Below are positions 40,821 through 49,603 of a DNA stretch of 64,000 nucleotides, piece by piece. Below the pieces are notes generated by a model that was not told the origin of the DNA, searched no databases, and saw only the letters and a program-made list of their open reading frames with translations. The stretch is from Longimicrobiales bacterium (GTDB lineage Bacteria; Gemmatimonadota; Gemmatimonadetes; Longimicrobiales; Gaopeijiaceae). Every line of letters starts with the position of its first letter. Positions within the stretch are counted from its first letter, which is position 1. Where the stretch lies: positions 2,464,001-2,528,000 of the forward strand of contig OZ220732.1 of assembly GCA_965116905.1 (NCBI GenBank), given 5' to 3'. The translations under genes were made by a program, and so were the position numbers.

Positions 40821-42940
40821 CCGCCGCGGTCGGGTCCGGGCTCGAAGAACCGTCCTCCGAAGGCGTTGACCACCACCGACGACGCGTAGCGGACGTTGGT
40901 GAGGTTCGTGATGGCCGCGAAGGGCGACACACGCACGTTCCCCGCCCGGATGCCGGACGCTCCGGCGCGCAGTTCGACCAGCGTGTAGCCCTCGGCGCTG
41001 GCGTCGTTGGCATCGTTTGCGGGCACCTCGCCGCGGCGCTCGACGCGCAGTTCGCCGAACCACGGCCCGCCTCCCGCCCGCAGGCTGGCCTCGAGCCGGT
41101 GAGGGGCGATCCCGGGAACGCGGTTGCCGTCGAAGGTGTTGTCCCCCACCGAGAACTCGGTGAACCGGGCGCTGACGTACCCGTAGGCCACGCGGGCGGT
41201 CAGGACCGGCGACAGCACGGCCCGCGCCGACGCCTCGAAACCGCGCACGGTGGACCGTCCCGCGTTGCGGTAGAAGCGCCGTCCGGGCGCGGTCGGGACC
41301 TCGAACGGCACCAGCTGGTTGGACAGGCTCGACGCGAAGGCGGTGAGGTCGTAGGTGGAGCGACTGCCCAGCACGCCGCGGAGTCCGCCTTCGGTCGTCC
41401 ACCCGCTCTGAGGCTCCAGGCCGGGGTTGAAGCCGCCCGCGCGCGTGGGCTGATTGGCGAGTTCGGTGGTGGTCGGCGTCTCGAAGGACCGCGCCAGCGA
41501 CGCGAACAGGCCGTGGTCCCCCAGATCGATGTGGAAGCCCAGCGACGGATTCAGCCCGGTCATGGTGCGGGAGCCGGAGTCGTCGGGATTGTCTGCCCGG
41601 ACAAAGCGATCGTAGGCGGTGAAGTCGAAGTGGTCGAACCGCAGTGCCCCCATGACGCTCAGCCGCCCGGCCACGGGGACGCGAAGCTGACCGAATACGG
41701 CCGCCGCGCGAACTCGCTCGTCCTGATCGAGAACCAGGCTGCCGCGCTCGCCGCCCTCGTTGACGAAGTTCTGCCGGTCGTCGCTCTGGAGCTCGCTCTC
41801 CAGTCCGAAGTCGAACCGGCCCGCACCCGCCTGCGTGTCCCATTCCCGCCCGAGGGCGAGGCGCACGCCCCCACCGTTGCGGGCGAGGTCGATCACGCGC
41901 GTGGGGATGGGGTTGTCCAGCTCGCGCCTCACGCCGTAGGCCGAAAACGCGCCCTCCAGTCCCCCGACGCCACCGGTCCAGCTGACGCCGGCCTGACCCT
42001 GGCGGACGTACTTCCGGGTGCGGCGGGCCACGTTGAACCCCCACGCCTGGTTGCTCCCCTCGTCGAAGAGGGTGGCCGGGAGGGAACCCGCGTTGAGCGC
42101 GTCGAGGTCGAGGCCGTTCAGTTGCACGGCCAGGGTGCCGCCGCCGACCGCCGTCGTGAACCCCGCATTGAGGGTGGTGCGGTCCGCCTGGCTGTACGGG
42201 TCCTCGCCGGACTCCGAGGCGTTGTTCCGGAAGCCGTCGAAGTTTGTGCGGGCCACGCTGGCGCGGAAGCCGACCGCCCCGGCCGTGCCCGATCCGGTGG
42301 CCTGCATCCTCAGCAGCCCGTCCGACCCCGTCACGAAGGTGGCTTCCTGGCTGTAGCTTCCCGCGTACGGCTCCGCGCTGCGAAACAGGAGGACTCCGCC
42401 CGCGCCGTTGCCGAACACCGCCGCCGCCGGGCCGCGCAGCGCCTCCACGCGGCCGAGCGATCCGATGTCCAGGTGGTCGAGCGTGCTCTGGCCGTCGGGA
42501 AGCGTCGCGGGTATCCCGTCCACGAGGATCTTGATCCCGCGCACGCCGAACTGGGAGCGTGCGCCGAACCCGCGGATCGAGATGCGCTCGCCGACCGCCG
42601 GGTTGTAGCGGTTCTGCACGCGCACGCCGGGGAGCGTGTGCAGCGCCTCCTCGATCGACAGGCCGGAGTTGCCCAGCGCCAGGTCGGGGCCGGCGATGAT
42701 CGAAGCCGAGAAGGGAAGCCTGTCGAGACGCACGGGCGAGCGCAGCACGGAAACGACGATGGGCGAGAGCTCGACGGTGTCCGCCGCCTCGGTCTGGGCC
42801 GTGGCGGGCAGGGCGGTGAGGAGGATCGCCGCGCCGAGGGTCGTGATCGCCCCGGCGCGCGCCAGGGCGAGGACGCGCACACAAAGGGCCACGCGCGCAC
42901 GGAGGACGCAGAGGGAGAGTTGTGGGGTTCGCATGGGCAC
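40781..42940 (-). CDS. TonB-dependent receptor
   Basis: Plug motifs ISIRGFG, ILVDGIP, VEALRGP, C-terminal FFEPGPDRGGYLGLSLAW. Start uncertain. Confidence 0.92.
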   Translation of the reverse strand: MPMRTPQLSLCVLRARVALCVRVLALARAGAITTLGAAILLTALPATAQTEAADTVELSPIVVSVLRSPVRLDRLPFSASIIAGPDLALGNSGLSIEEALHTLPGVRVQNRYNPAVGERISIRGFGARSQFGVRGIKILVDGIPATLPDGQSTLDHLDIGSLGRVEALRGPAAAVFGNGAGGVLLFRSAEPYAGSYSQEATFVTGSDGLLRMQATGSGTAGAVGFRASVARTNFDGFRNNASESGEDPYSQADRTTLNAGFTTAVGGGTLAVQLNGLDLDALNAGSLPATLFDEGSNQAWGFNVARRTRKYVRQGQAGVSWTGGVGGLEGAFSAYGVRRELDNPIPTRVIDLARNGGGVRLALGREWDTQAGAGRFDFGLESELQSDDRQNFVNEGGERGSLVLDQDERVRAAAVFGQLRVPVAGRLSVMGALRFDHFDFTAYDRFVRADNPDDSGSRTMTGLNPSLGFHIDLGDHGLFASLARSFETPTTTELANQPTRAGGFNPGLEPQSGWTTEGGLRGVLGSRSTYDLTAFASSLSNQLVPFEVPTAPGRRFYRNAGRSTVRGFEASARAVLSPVLTARVAYGYVSARFTEFSVGDNTFDGNRVPGIAPHRLEASLRAGGGPWFGELRVERRGEVPANDANDASAEGYTLVELRAGASGIRAGNVRVSPFAAITNLTNVRYASSVVVNAFGGRFFEPGPDRGGYLGLSLAWDKGR

Positions 42941-42954
42941 GTGGTCGCTGTGGG

Positions 42955-44787
42955 TCAGGGCTGCTTCGAGTCAACCCGCAAGTTCAGGGTGGCGAAGCGT
43001 TGTTGGGAGGGAATCATGACCTCTTCTTCCCTCGAGGCCACGAAATCGGACGGCGAGTAGGAGACTTCCAGCACGTCGGGATTGAGTTGCTCGCCGGGGT
43101 CGAGCACCGCCACGCGCAGGCTCGTATCCACGGGTACCCAGCACGCGCGGTAGTAGCCCCGGGCGTCGGTGGTGACCGCCGTTCCGGCCCGGCCCGCCCG
43201 CAGCCGCCGGTCGACGACGGAGGACGCCCCCTCGAACACGGAGATGTCGTATTCGCGGAACAGGACGCGCACCGTGGCGCCGGAAACGGGATCGCCGGCG
43301 TCGTTCGTCACACGTCCGACCAGGATGGCGTGGCTGCGCAGCACCCGTCCGCCGGGCATGGTGGCCATTTCGTCCGGCGGTTCCACGTCGTCACAGAGGC
43401 GATCCAGCACCCGGCCGATCCGCGGAGCCGCGAAGTTCACCTGCGCCGGGGTCTCCGCGCCGTCCACCACCTCCACGTCCCAGGGTTCGGGCCGGTAGGA
43501 GAACCGCGAGAAGTAGCGGTGGGTGAAGTTGACCGCGTAGACGCCGGGCTCCAGGCGGGTGAATTCGAAGCGGCCCTCGCGATCGGTCGTGGCTTCGATT
43601 GTCGTGCCCTCGATGAAGACGACGGCCCCCGGGAGTCCGGCGCGCAGGCTGTCGAACACCACGCCCGCGATGCGGCCGCCCAGGTCCGCCTCCATGACCG
43701 TCCCTTCGCTGCCGTGCACCTTCAGCACATCGCCGCCCTGCTCGGTGATCCCGTCGAGCACGGTCACGACCCTGCTGTCGAAGGGGCTGACCTCGACCCT
43801 GCCGCGCGGCATGCGAATCCTCCACGAGCTCACGATCCAGGTGCCGTTGGGCAGCGCCTCGAACTCGACCGTTCCCCCCGGGTTGGCGCGCTGGAGCCCG
43901 GCCGGGAGGTCGAGGTTCTGGTAGTAGTAGTCGAGCCGCCTCAACACCGAATTCTCGGCCTCGAGCCACAGCGTTCCCCGTATCTCCGCGATTCTCCGGC
44001 CGGGAACGGGTTCGAATTCCAGGCCGACCAACCCCGGTTCGCCCCCGTCGGTCTTGAGGCGGAAGCAGTGGGTGTCGAGGAACGGATCGGAGAGGAGCAC
44101 GCCCGCATCGGGGGCCCAGTACACGGACTCGTTTGGGGTGATCTTCGCAAACCCCTCCGCAACCAGGGAGTCCGCCGGGAGGGAGACGAACGGGTATTGG
44201 CGGTACGCGCGCTCGAAATCGCGGTCTTCCGAGACCACCTGCCGGCCCTCAGGTCCCAGCTGCCGGAGGATCCCCATCATCTCGTAGCGGTAGTACCCCC
44301 GCTCCTGCGTAAACGCCGCGGCGTCGAGTGCCTTGCGCGCCTCGTCCCACACCCGCGTGACCGCGAGTCCCTCCTCGGGGCGAACCCGGCAGCGGCGGTC
44401 GGCTTCCGCCTCGATGCCCGCGAGGGAGACCGCTGCCACCGCCGACGTCATCCGGATCGTGACCGTATCGCCGGCCGCAAGGTCGAAGTAGTCCGAGTAG
44501 GTGGTCGCGTACCCGATCCGGTCGGCCCTCAGGCGGTATCTGCCCGGAGACGTGGTACTCACCTCGAACAGCCCGGAGTCGCGGGTCAGGGCCCGGGAGA
44601 GCTGGTTGTCGCCGCGGTCGAGCAGGCTGATCATCGCGCCGCCCACGCCCGCGTCGTCGGCGGAGTCCACAAGCCGGCCCCGGACCACCTGTGCGGTGGC
44701 GGGGGCGACAATGCCGGCGACGACGACCCCCGACAGCAGCATGGGGAAGACGAAGCGGCAAACCTTCGGAAACAGCGGACGCGGCAC
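42955..44787 (-). CDS. Secreted protein with carboxypeptidase-regulatory-like domains
   Basis: QVVRGRLVD...YRLRADRIGY, plus two further 'GVVFDS/GRVTND...TDxxGxF/Y' beta-sandwich modules. Confidence 0.8.
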   Translation of the reverse strand: MPRPLFPKVCRFVFPMLLSGVVVAGIVAPATAQVVRGRLVDSADDAGVGGAMISLLDRGDNQLSRALTRDSGLFEVSTTSPGRYRLRADRIGYATTYSDYFDLAAGDTVTIRMTSAVAAVSLAGIEAEADRRCRVRPEEGLAVTRVWDEARKALDAAAFTQERGYYRYEMMGILRQLGPEGRQVVSEDRDFERAYRQYPFVSLPADSLVAEGFAKITPNESVYWAPDAGVLLSDPFLDTHCFRLKTDGGEPGLVGLEFEPVPGRRIAEIRGTLWLEAENSVLRRLDYYYQNLDLPAGLQRANPGGTVEFEALPNGTWIVSSWRIRMPRGRVEVSPFDSRVVTVLDGITEQGGDVLKVHGSEGTVMEADLGGRIAGVVFDSLRAGLPGAVVFIEGTTIEATTDREGRFEFTRLEPGVYAVNFTHRYFSRFSYRPEPWDVEVVDGAETPAQVNFAAPRIGRVLDRLCDDVEPPDEMATMPGGRVLRSHAILVGRVTNDAGDPVSGATVRVLFREYDISVFEGASSVVDRRLRAGRAGTAVTTDARGYYRACWVPVDTSLRVAVLDPGEQLNPDVLEVSYSPSDFVASREEEVMIPSQQRFATLNLRVDSKQP

Positions 44788-44926
44788 GGGCGTTCTCCAG
44801 CGTTGATGCTCGCTACAAGGTAATACGCCGGACCGCCGCCGGCATGACACCGGGCCACCCTTGAGCCGAATCCCGGTCGCGGCTTACCTTGGCCTGCCAA
44901 CGTTTCGTCCGGATGGGAGTCGGCAA

Positions 44927-47164
44927 ATGGCACCTCACAGCTGTCGTTTCGGTCTCAGCGCGGCCGCCGCCGTGGTCGCAGGCGCGGTCGCCGCCGTGGT
45001 CGCGGGCGCGGTCTGTGGGGTTGGCGTGCTGGCGGGCCAAAGCCCTGGACAGAGCCGCGGGTACGTGCCCGAGGACTACTACGGTCTGGTCGTGGTGGGC
45101 GACGTCGCGGTCTCGCCCGATGGCGCGAACGTGGCGTTCACCGTCACCACGGTTGTGGAGGACGAGAATCGGCGACACCGTGAGATCTGGGTGCAGCCCC
45201 TGTCGGGCGGGCGCGCCGACGGCGACGCCTTCCCGGTCACCAGCTCCAACGAGGAGTCGAGCGGCCCGCGCTGGTCCCCGGACGGGTCGCTCCTCTCGTT
45301 TTCGTCTTCGCGCGGGGACGACCCCAACCCGATCTGGTTTGTCCGCCTCCGCGGCCCCGGGGGCGAGGCCTTCCACATCGAGGGCGTCGAGGGGCCGCCC
45401 GTGTGGTCTCCGGACGGTGCCTCCATCGCCTACGTGAAGGCTCCCGAGCGCGGGGCGGACGGCTCCGACGGCGGCGATCAGGACGAGGCAGCCGGCCGCG
45501 AGGGCTGGATTGCGCCCGATGCGGTCTCCAGCACCCTGGACGCCACCCGCTTCGACGGCCGGGTCATCACCTCGATCCGCTACAAGCGCGACGGCCGCCT
45601 CGCCTTCCAGCCGCACTACCTGTCCCGCGAGAAGCAGCAGCTCATGGTCGTCGACGCGCGCGGGGGCACGCCCACCCAGCTGACGCGAGTCTCCTTCGAT
45701 GTTGGCGGCCCGGTGTGGTCCGAGGACGGCCGGGTCATCTTCTTCACCGGCGACGAGCGCCAGGACGACGAACTCGACAGCGAGAACACGGGCGACATCT
45801 GGGCCGTGGACGTGAACGTGGGCACCGTCCGGCGACTCACCTCCAACCCGGGAACCGAGAGCGCCCCGGCGATCTCGCTCGACGGCCGCAGCATGGCGTT
45901 TCTGTCGACCCCCGAGCGCGGGAGCCAGACGGACCTGCTGGTCGCCGAAATCGGCCCCGACGGGCACTTCCGCGGCGAGCCCGCCAACCTGACCGCCGAC
46001 TGGGACCTCCGCCCCGGCGCCCCCACGTGGTCGGCCGACGGCGCCAGCGTCCTCTTCTCCGCCGGCGTCGCCGGGGACAGCCACCTCTTCCGGGCGTCGG
46101 CGTCGGTGTCGACGTCGGCAATCGCGGCGACGGCGCCGTCCACCGCGGACCGGGTCCAGCAGGTCACGCGCGGCGCCCGGCGGCTGTCCTCCTTCTCGTT
46201 TTCCGACTCCGGCGGCGTCATGGCCTTCACCGCGACCGACGCGGTCACGCCCGGCGAACTCTACGTCGGCCCCGGAGACGGCTCGAGCGAGCAGAAGGTC
46301 ACGCGCTTCAACGACGGCTGGCTTTCGGAGGTGTCGCTGATGCCCGCCGAGGAACTGACGTGGACCGCCGAGGACGGCACCGAGATCCAGGGCTGGGTGG
46401 TCAGGCCCGTCAACTTCCGCAGCGGCGGCTCGTACCCCATGGTGCTGAAGATCCACGGCGGACCGCATTCGGCCTACGGGAACACCTTCTTCCCGACCTT
46501 CCACGTGCTGTCGGCAGCCGGGTTCTTCGTCCTCTACACCAATCCGCGCGGCTCATCCGGCTATGGCCACGACTTCCAGTACGCGACGCGCGGCGAGTGG
46601 GGCATCGTGGACCGCGAGGACTACCTGGCCGGCGTCGAGGCGGCGCTGGCGGCCTACCCCGAGATCGACGCCAACCGTCTCGGCGTCTCGGGCGGCAGCT
46701 ACGGCGGCTTCATGACCAACTGGCTTACCGCCACGACCGAACGCTTCCACGCCGCGGTCACCTCGCGCTCGATCACCAACTGGGAAAGCTGGTGGGGCAC
46801 CTCCGACGCGCAGGGGCTGACCGAGTACGAGTTCTACGGCCCGCCGTGGGAGCAGCGCGACCTCTACCGCCGCCTCTCGCCCATCTCCTACGTCGAGAAC
46901 GTGACCGCGCCGACGCTCATCATCCACAGCGAGCAGGACTACCGCACCCCGATCGGCGACGGCGAGCAGTGGTTCATGTCGCTCAGGAAGCTGGGGGTGC
47001 CGGTCGAACTGGTCCGCTACCCGCGGTCGTCGCATGGCCTCTCGCGAACCGGCGAACCCTGGCTGCTCGTGGACCGCCTGGAGCGCATCCGGAGCTGGTT
47101 CGCGCACTTCCTGATCCAGAACCCGCCCGCCAGGCGAGCCGGAGCGGAGTCCGGACGCCGTTGA
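44927..47164 (+). CDS. S9-family (acylaminoacyl/prolyl oligo-) peptidase
   Basis: PD40 'WSPDG' repeats, IHGGPH, GGSYGG, IIHSEQDYR, SHG. Confidence 0.93.
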   Translation: MAPHSCRFGLSAAAAVVAGAVAAVVAGAVCGVGVLAGQSPGQSRGYVPEDYYGLVVVGDVAVSPDGANVAFTVTTVVEDENRRHREIWVQPLSGGRADGDAFPVTSSNEESSGPRWSPDGSLLSFSSSRGDDPNPIWFVRLRGPGGEAFHIEGVEGPPVWSPDGASIAYVKAPERGADGSDGGDQDEAAGREGWIAPDAVSSTLDATRFDGRVITSIRYKRDGRLAFQPHYLSREKQQLMVVDARGGTPTQLTRVSFDVGGPVWSEDGRVIFFTGDERQDDELDSENTGDIWAVDVNVGTVRRLTSNPGTESAPAISLDGRSMAFLSTPERGSQTDLLVAEIGPDGHFRGEPANLTADWDLRPGAPTWSADGASVLFSAGVAGDSHLFRASASVSTSAIAATAPSTADRVQQVTRGARRLSSFSFSDSGGVMAFTATDAVTPGELYVGPGDGSSEQKVTRFNDGWLSEVSLMPAEELTWTAEDGTEIQGWVVRPVNFRSGGSYPMVLKIHGGPHSAYGNTFFPTFHVLSAAGFFVLYTNPRGSSGYGHDFQYATRGEWGIVDREDYLAGVEAALAAYPEIDANRLGVSGGSYGGFMTNWLTATTERFHAAVTSRSITNWESWWGTSDAQGLTEYEFYGPPWEQRDLYRRLSPISYVENVTAPTLIIHSEQDYRTPIGDGEQWFMSLRKLGVPVELVRYPRSSHGLSRTGEPWLLVDRLERIRSWFAHFLIQNPPARRAGAESGRR

Positions 47165-48504
47165 CCGACCTCCCGCCACTTCCATACACCGAGCGCCGCA
47201 AGACCGCGCTCTCGCGCATGGCCGATGGATCCATGGTCCTGCCCGCTTTGGATGTGAGGTACAAGAGCGGTGATTCGGAATACCGCTACCGCCCCGACTC
47301 GGAGATGCTCTACCTCACGGGGTGGGGGGAAGGGGGGAGCGTCGCCGTGCTGAGGGGCCACGGCGCAAAGCACCGCTTCGTGCTCTTCGTGCCCGAGCGG
47401 GACGCGGAACGGGAGCGCTGGACGGGCCCCCGACTCGACCCGGGAGAGGTGAGCGCCCGCTTCGGCGCGGACGCGGTCTTCCCCATGAGGGAGTTCCGGG
47501 ACCGGGGACCGGCGCTGCTGGCCGACGGCGACCGGATCCACTACCGCCTGGGCGCGTCCGCGGTGTGCGACGACGTGGTGCGCGACGCGCTCGGCGCCGG
47601 GCGGGCGCGGCGGGCCCGGCAGGGTGCGGGCGCGCACATGGTGGTCGACCCGGGGGCGATCCTGGACCCGATGCGGGTGCGGAAGGACGCGGCCGAGATC
47701 GCCCGGCTGCGCGAGGCCGCGCGGATCTCGGTGGCCGCGTTCCGCGAGGCGCTGGGGCGCGTGCGGGGCGGGGTGGGGGAGTGGGAGGTGGAGGCCGCGC
47801 TGGAGGCGGGGTTCCGGAGCCGGGGCGCGGGCGGTCCGGCCTTCGCGACGATCGTCGCCGCGGGGGCGAACGCGTGCACGCTGCACTATTCCGCCAACCG
47901 CGCCCGGATCCGGGGCAGCGACCTGGTGCTGATGGACGCGGGCGCCGAGTTCGACTACTACGCGGCGGACATCACGCGCACCGTGCCCGCGTCGGGGCGG
48001 CTGGCGGGGGCACGGCGCGAGGCGTACGAGGTCGTGCGGGGAGCGCACCGCGCGGCCCTGGCGGCGTGTCGGCCGGGTGGGACGCTGGAGGATGTGCACG
48101 AGGCGGCCAGCCGCGCGATCGCGGGGGGGCTGGTGGGGATGGGGGTGGTGGAGGGCACGGTGGAGGAGGTGGTGGAGAGCGGGGCGCACCGGGCGTTCTT
48201 CCCGCACAAGACGTCGCACTGGCTCGGGCTGGACACGCACGATGCGGGGCCGTATTGGGGCGGTGCGGGCGCCGACGGAGCGGGCGCCGACGGACCGGTC
48301 CTGCTACAGCCCGGCATGGTCTTCACCGTCGAGCCCGGGCTGTATTTCCCGCCCGGCAGTTGCGACCGGGTGCCGGAGCTGGAGGGGACCGGGATCCGGA
48401 TCGAGGACGACGTGCTGATCGGCGAGGACGGCGCGGAGGTGCTGACGGGCGAGCTCCCCGTCGACCTCGAAGCGCTTGGGCCGCTGGTGGGGAAGGCGTC
48501 GTGA
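47161..48504 (+). CDS. pepP: Xaa-Pro aminopeptidase (aminopeptidase P)
   Basis: YRYRPDSEMLYLTG, CTLHY, MDAGAE, ADITRT, HWLGLDTHD, TVEPGLY, GIRIEDD; TTG start overlapping the S9 stop. Confidence 0.9.
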   Translation: MTDLPPLPYTERRKTALSRMADGSMVLPALDVRYKSGDSEYRYRPDSEMLYLTGWGEGGSVAVLRGHGAKHRFVLFVPERDAERERWTGPRLDPGEVSARFGADAVFPMREFRDRGPALLADGDRIHYRLGASAVCDDVVRDALGAGRARRARQGAGAHMVVDPGAILDPMRVRKDAAEIARLREAARISVAAFREALGRVRGGVGEWEVEAALEAGFRSRGAGGPAFATIVAAGANACTLHYSANRARIRGSDLVLMDAGAEFDYYAADITRTVPASGRLAGARREAYEVVRGAHRAALAACRPGGTLEDVHEAASRAIAGGLVGMGVVEGTVEEVVESGAHRAFFPHKTSHWLGLDTHDAGPYWGGAGADGAGADGPVLLQPGMVFTVEPGLYFPPGSCDRVPELEGTGIRIEDDVLIGEDGAEVLTGELPVDLEALGPLVGKAS

Positions 48505-49439
48505 AGTCGCCTGTCCCGCCGGACACACCGCCACCGGCTTCGCCGCCACCAGCTTCGCCGCCGCCGGGCTCACCGCCGCCGGATGGCCGCGACGCCAGCC
48601 CGCTGCTCCGGCGGCTCGTGGAGCCGGAACCCCTGCTCGCGGTCGAACTGCGGCCGCCCCGGCTCGGCATGGGTACCGCGCGGAGCATGAGCGTCTGGAT
48701 CGACATGCACCACGCGGTCCAGCGGCTCGCGCGGCAGGACACCTTCATCCTGCTGACCGACGATGCCGCCGGGGACCATGAGGAGGAGAGTCTCGCGCAC
48801 CTGGCCGCGAACCTGGGCGGGACCGCCGACCTGGGCGCGGTGGTGCCATTTCTGACGTGCAAGCATCCGCTCGAGTACTGCCGGATGTTCGCGCGGCGGG
48901 CGTCGGGGCTGGGCGTGGCGGCGGTCGCGGTGGTGGGGGGGGATCACTCCGTCGGCCCCGAGCGCTGTGTCCCGCACGGGAAGGATCTACGCCGCATCCT
49001 GCGCGCCGATCAGCCCGGCCTGCCTCTTGGCGGGTGGGCGAACCCGCATCGGGATCCTGTTCAGCAGGCGCGCTACGTCGCCGACGCCGACTTCACCGCG
49101 GACTTCGTCCTCACCCAGATCGTGTCACACCACTCCCTTGGTTGTGTCGAGGGCTTCAAGGCGGAGCTGGGGCGGCTCGGCGTCGATCTGCCGGTCGTCT
49201 ACGGGGTCTTCCACTACCACAGCGCAAATCCCCGCACGCTGAACTACCTGGGGCGCTACTTTCCCGTGCCGGCCGCCGAGATCACGCGGGAGTTCGAGGG
49301 CGGAGCCACCGCCGAGGAGATCTGCCTGCGGACGATCCGGGGGCTGCGGGCGGTCGGCGCCGACAGGGTGTACGTGAGCAACCTGCGGAGCCGGGATGTG
49401 GCGAGGCGGCTGGAGGAGATGGGGGAGGGGGTGGGGTAG
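48501..49439 (+). CDS. Divergent methylenetetrahydrofolate reductase (MTHFR)-fold protein
   Basis: AVELRPP, VPFLTCK, VVGGD, WANPH, ADFVLTQIV, LPVVYGV align by eye with MetF motifs. Confidence 0.6.
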   Translation: MKSPVPPDTPPPASPPPASPPPGSPPPDGRDASPLLRRLVEPEPLLAVELRPPRLGMGTARSMSVWIDMHHAVQRLARQDTFILLTDDAAGDHEEESLAHLAANLGGTADLGAVVPFLTCKHPLEYCRMFARRASGLGVAAVAVVGGDHSVGPERCVPHGKDLRRILRADQPGLPLGGWANPHRDPVQQARYVADADFTADFVLTQIVSHHSLGCVEGFKAELGRLGVDLPVVYGVFHYHSANPRTLNYLGRYFPVPAAEITREFEGGATAEEICLRTIRGLRAVGADRVYVSNLRSRDVARRLEEMGEGVG

Positions 49440-49486
49440 GGGATAGGGTAGAAAAGACGGTCGGGCGGAATGACCAGGTATGTGAG

Positions 49487-49521
49487 CGGGAAAAACAAAA
49501 GTTACATTTTTGATTTTCCCG
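49487..49521. terminator. AT-rich imperfect hairpin between convergent genes
   Basis: CGGGAAAA-A-CAAAA...TTTTG-A-TTTTCCCG. Confidence 0.45.
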
Positions 49522-49603
49522 ATCCTGACCGATACCGGCCTGCTGCACTCGCTGCTGAGGCTCCGACGGGCTGGACTGACAGCCATTGGGAAGCAATGTC
49601 CGG

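Noticed and set aside
45403..47160. Apparent 1033-aa PepP fusion
   Set aside because: The N-terminal part is an alternate frame of the S9 peptidase; pepP starts at TTG 47161, overlapping the S9 stop.
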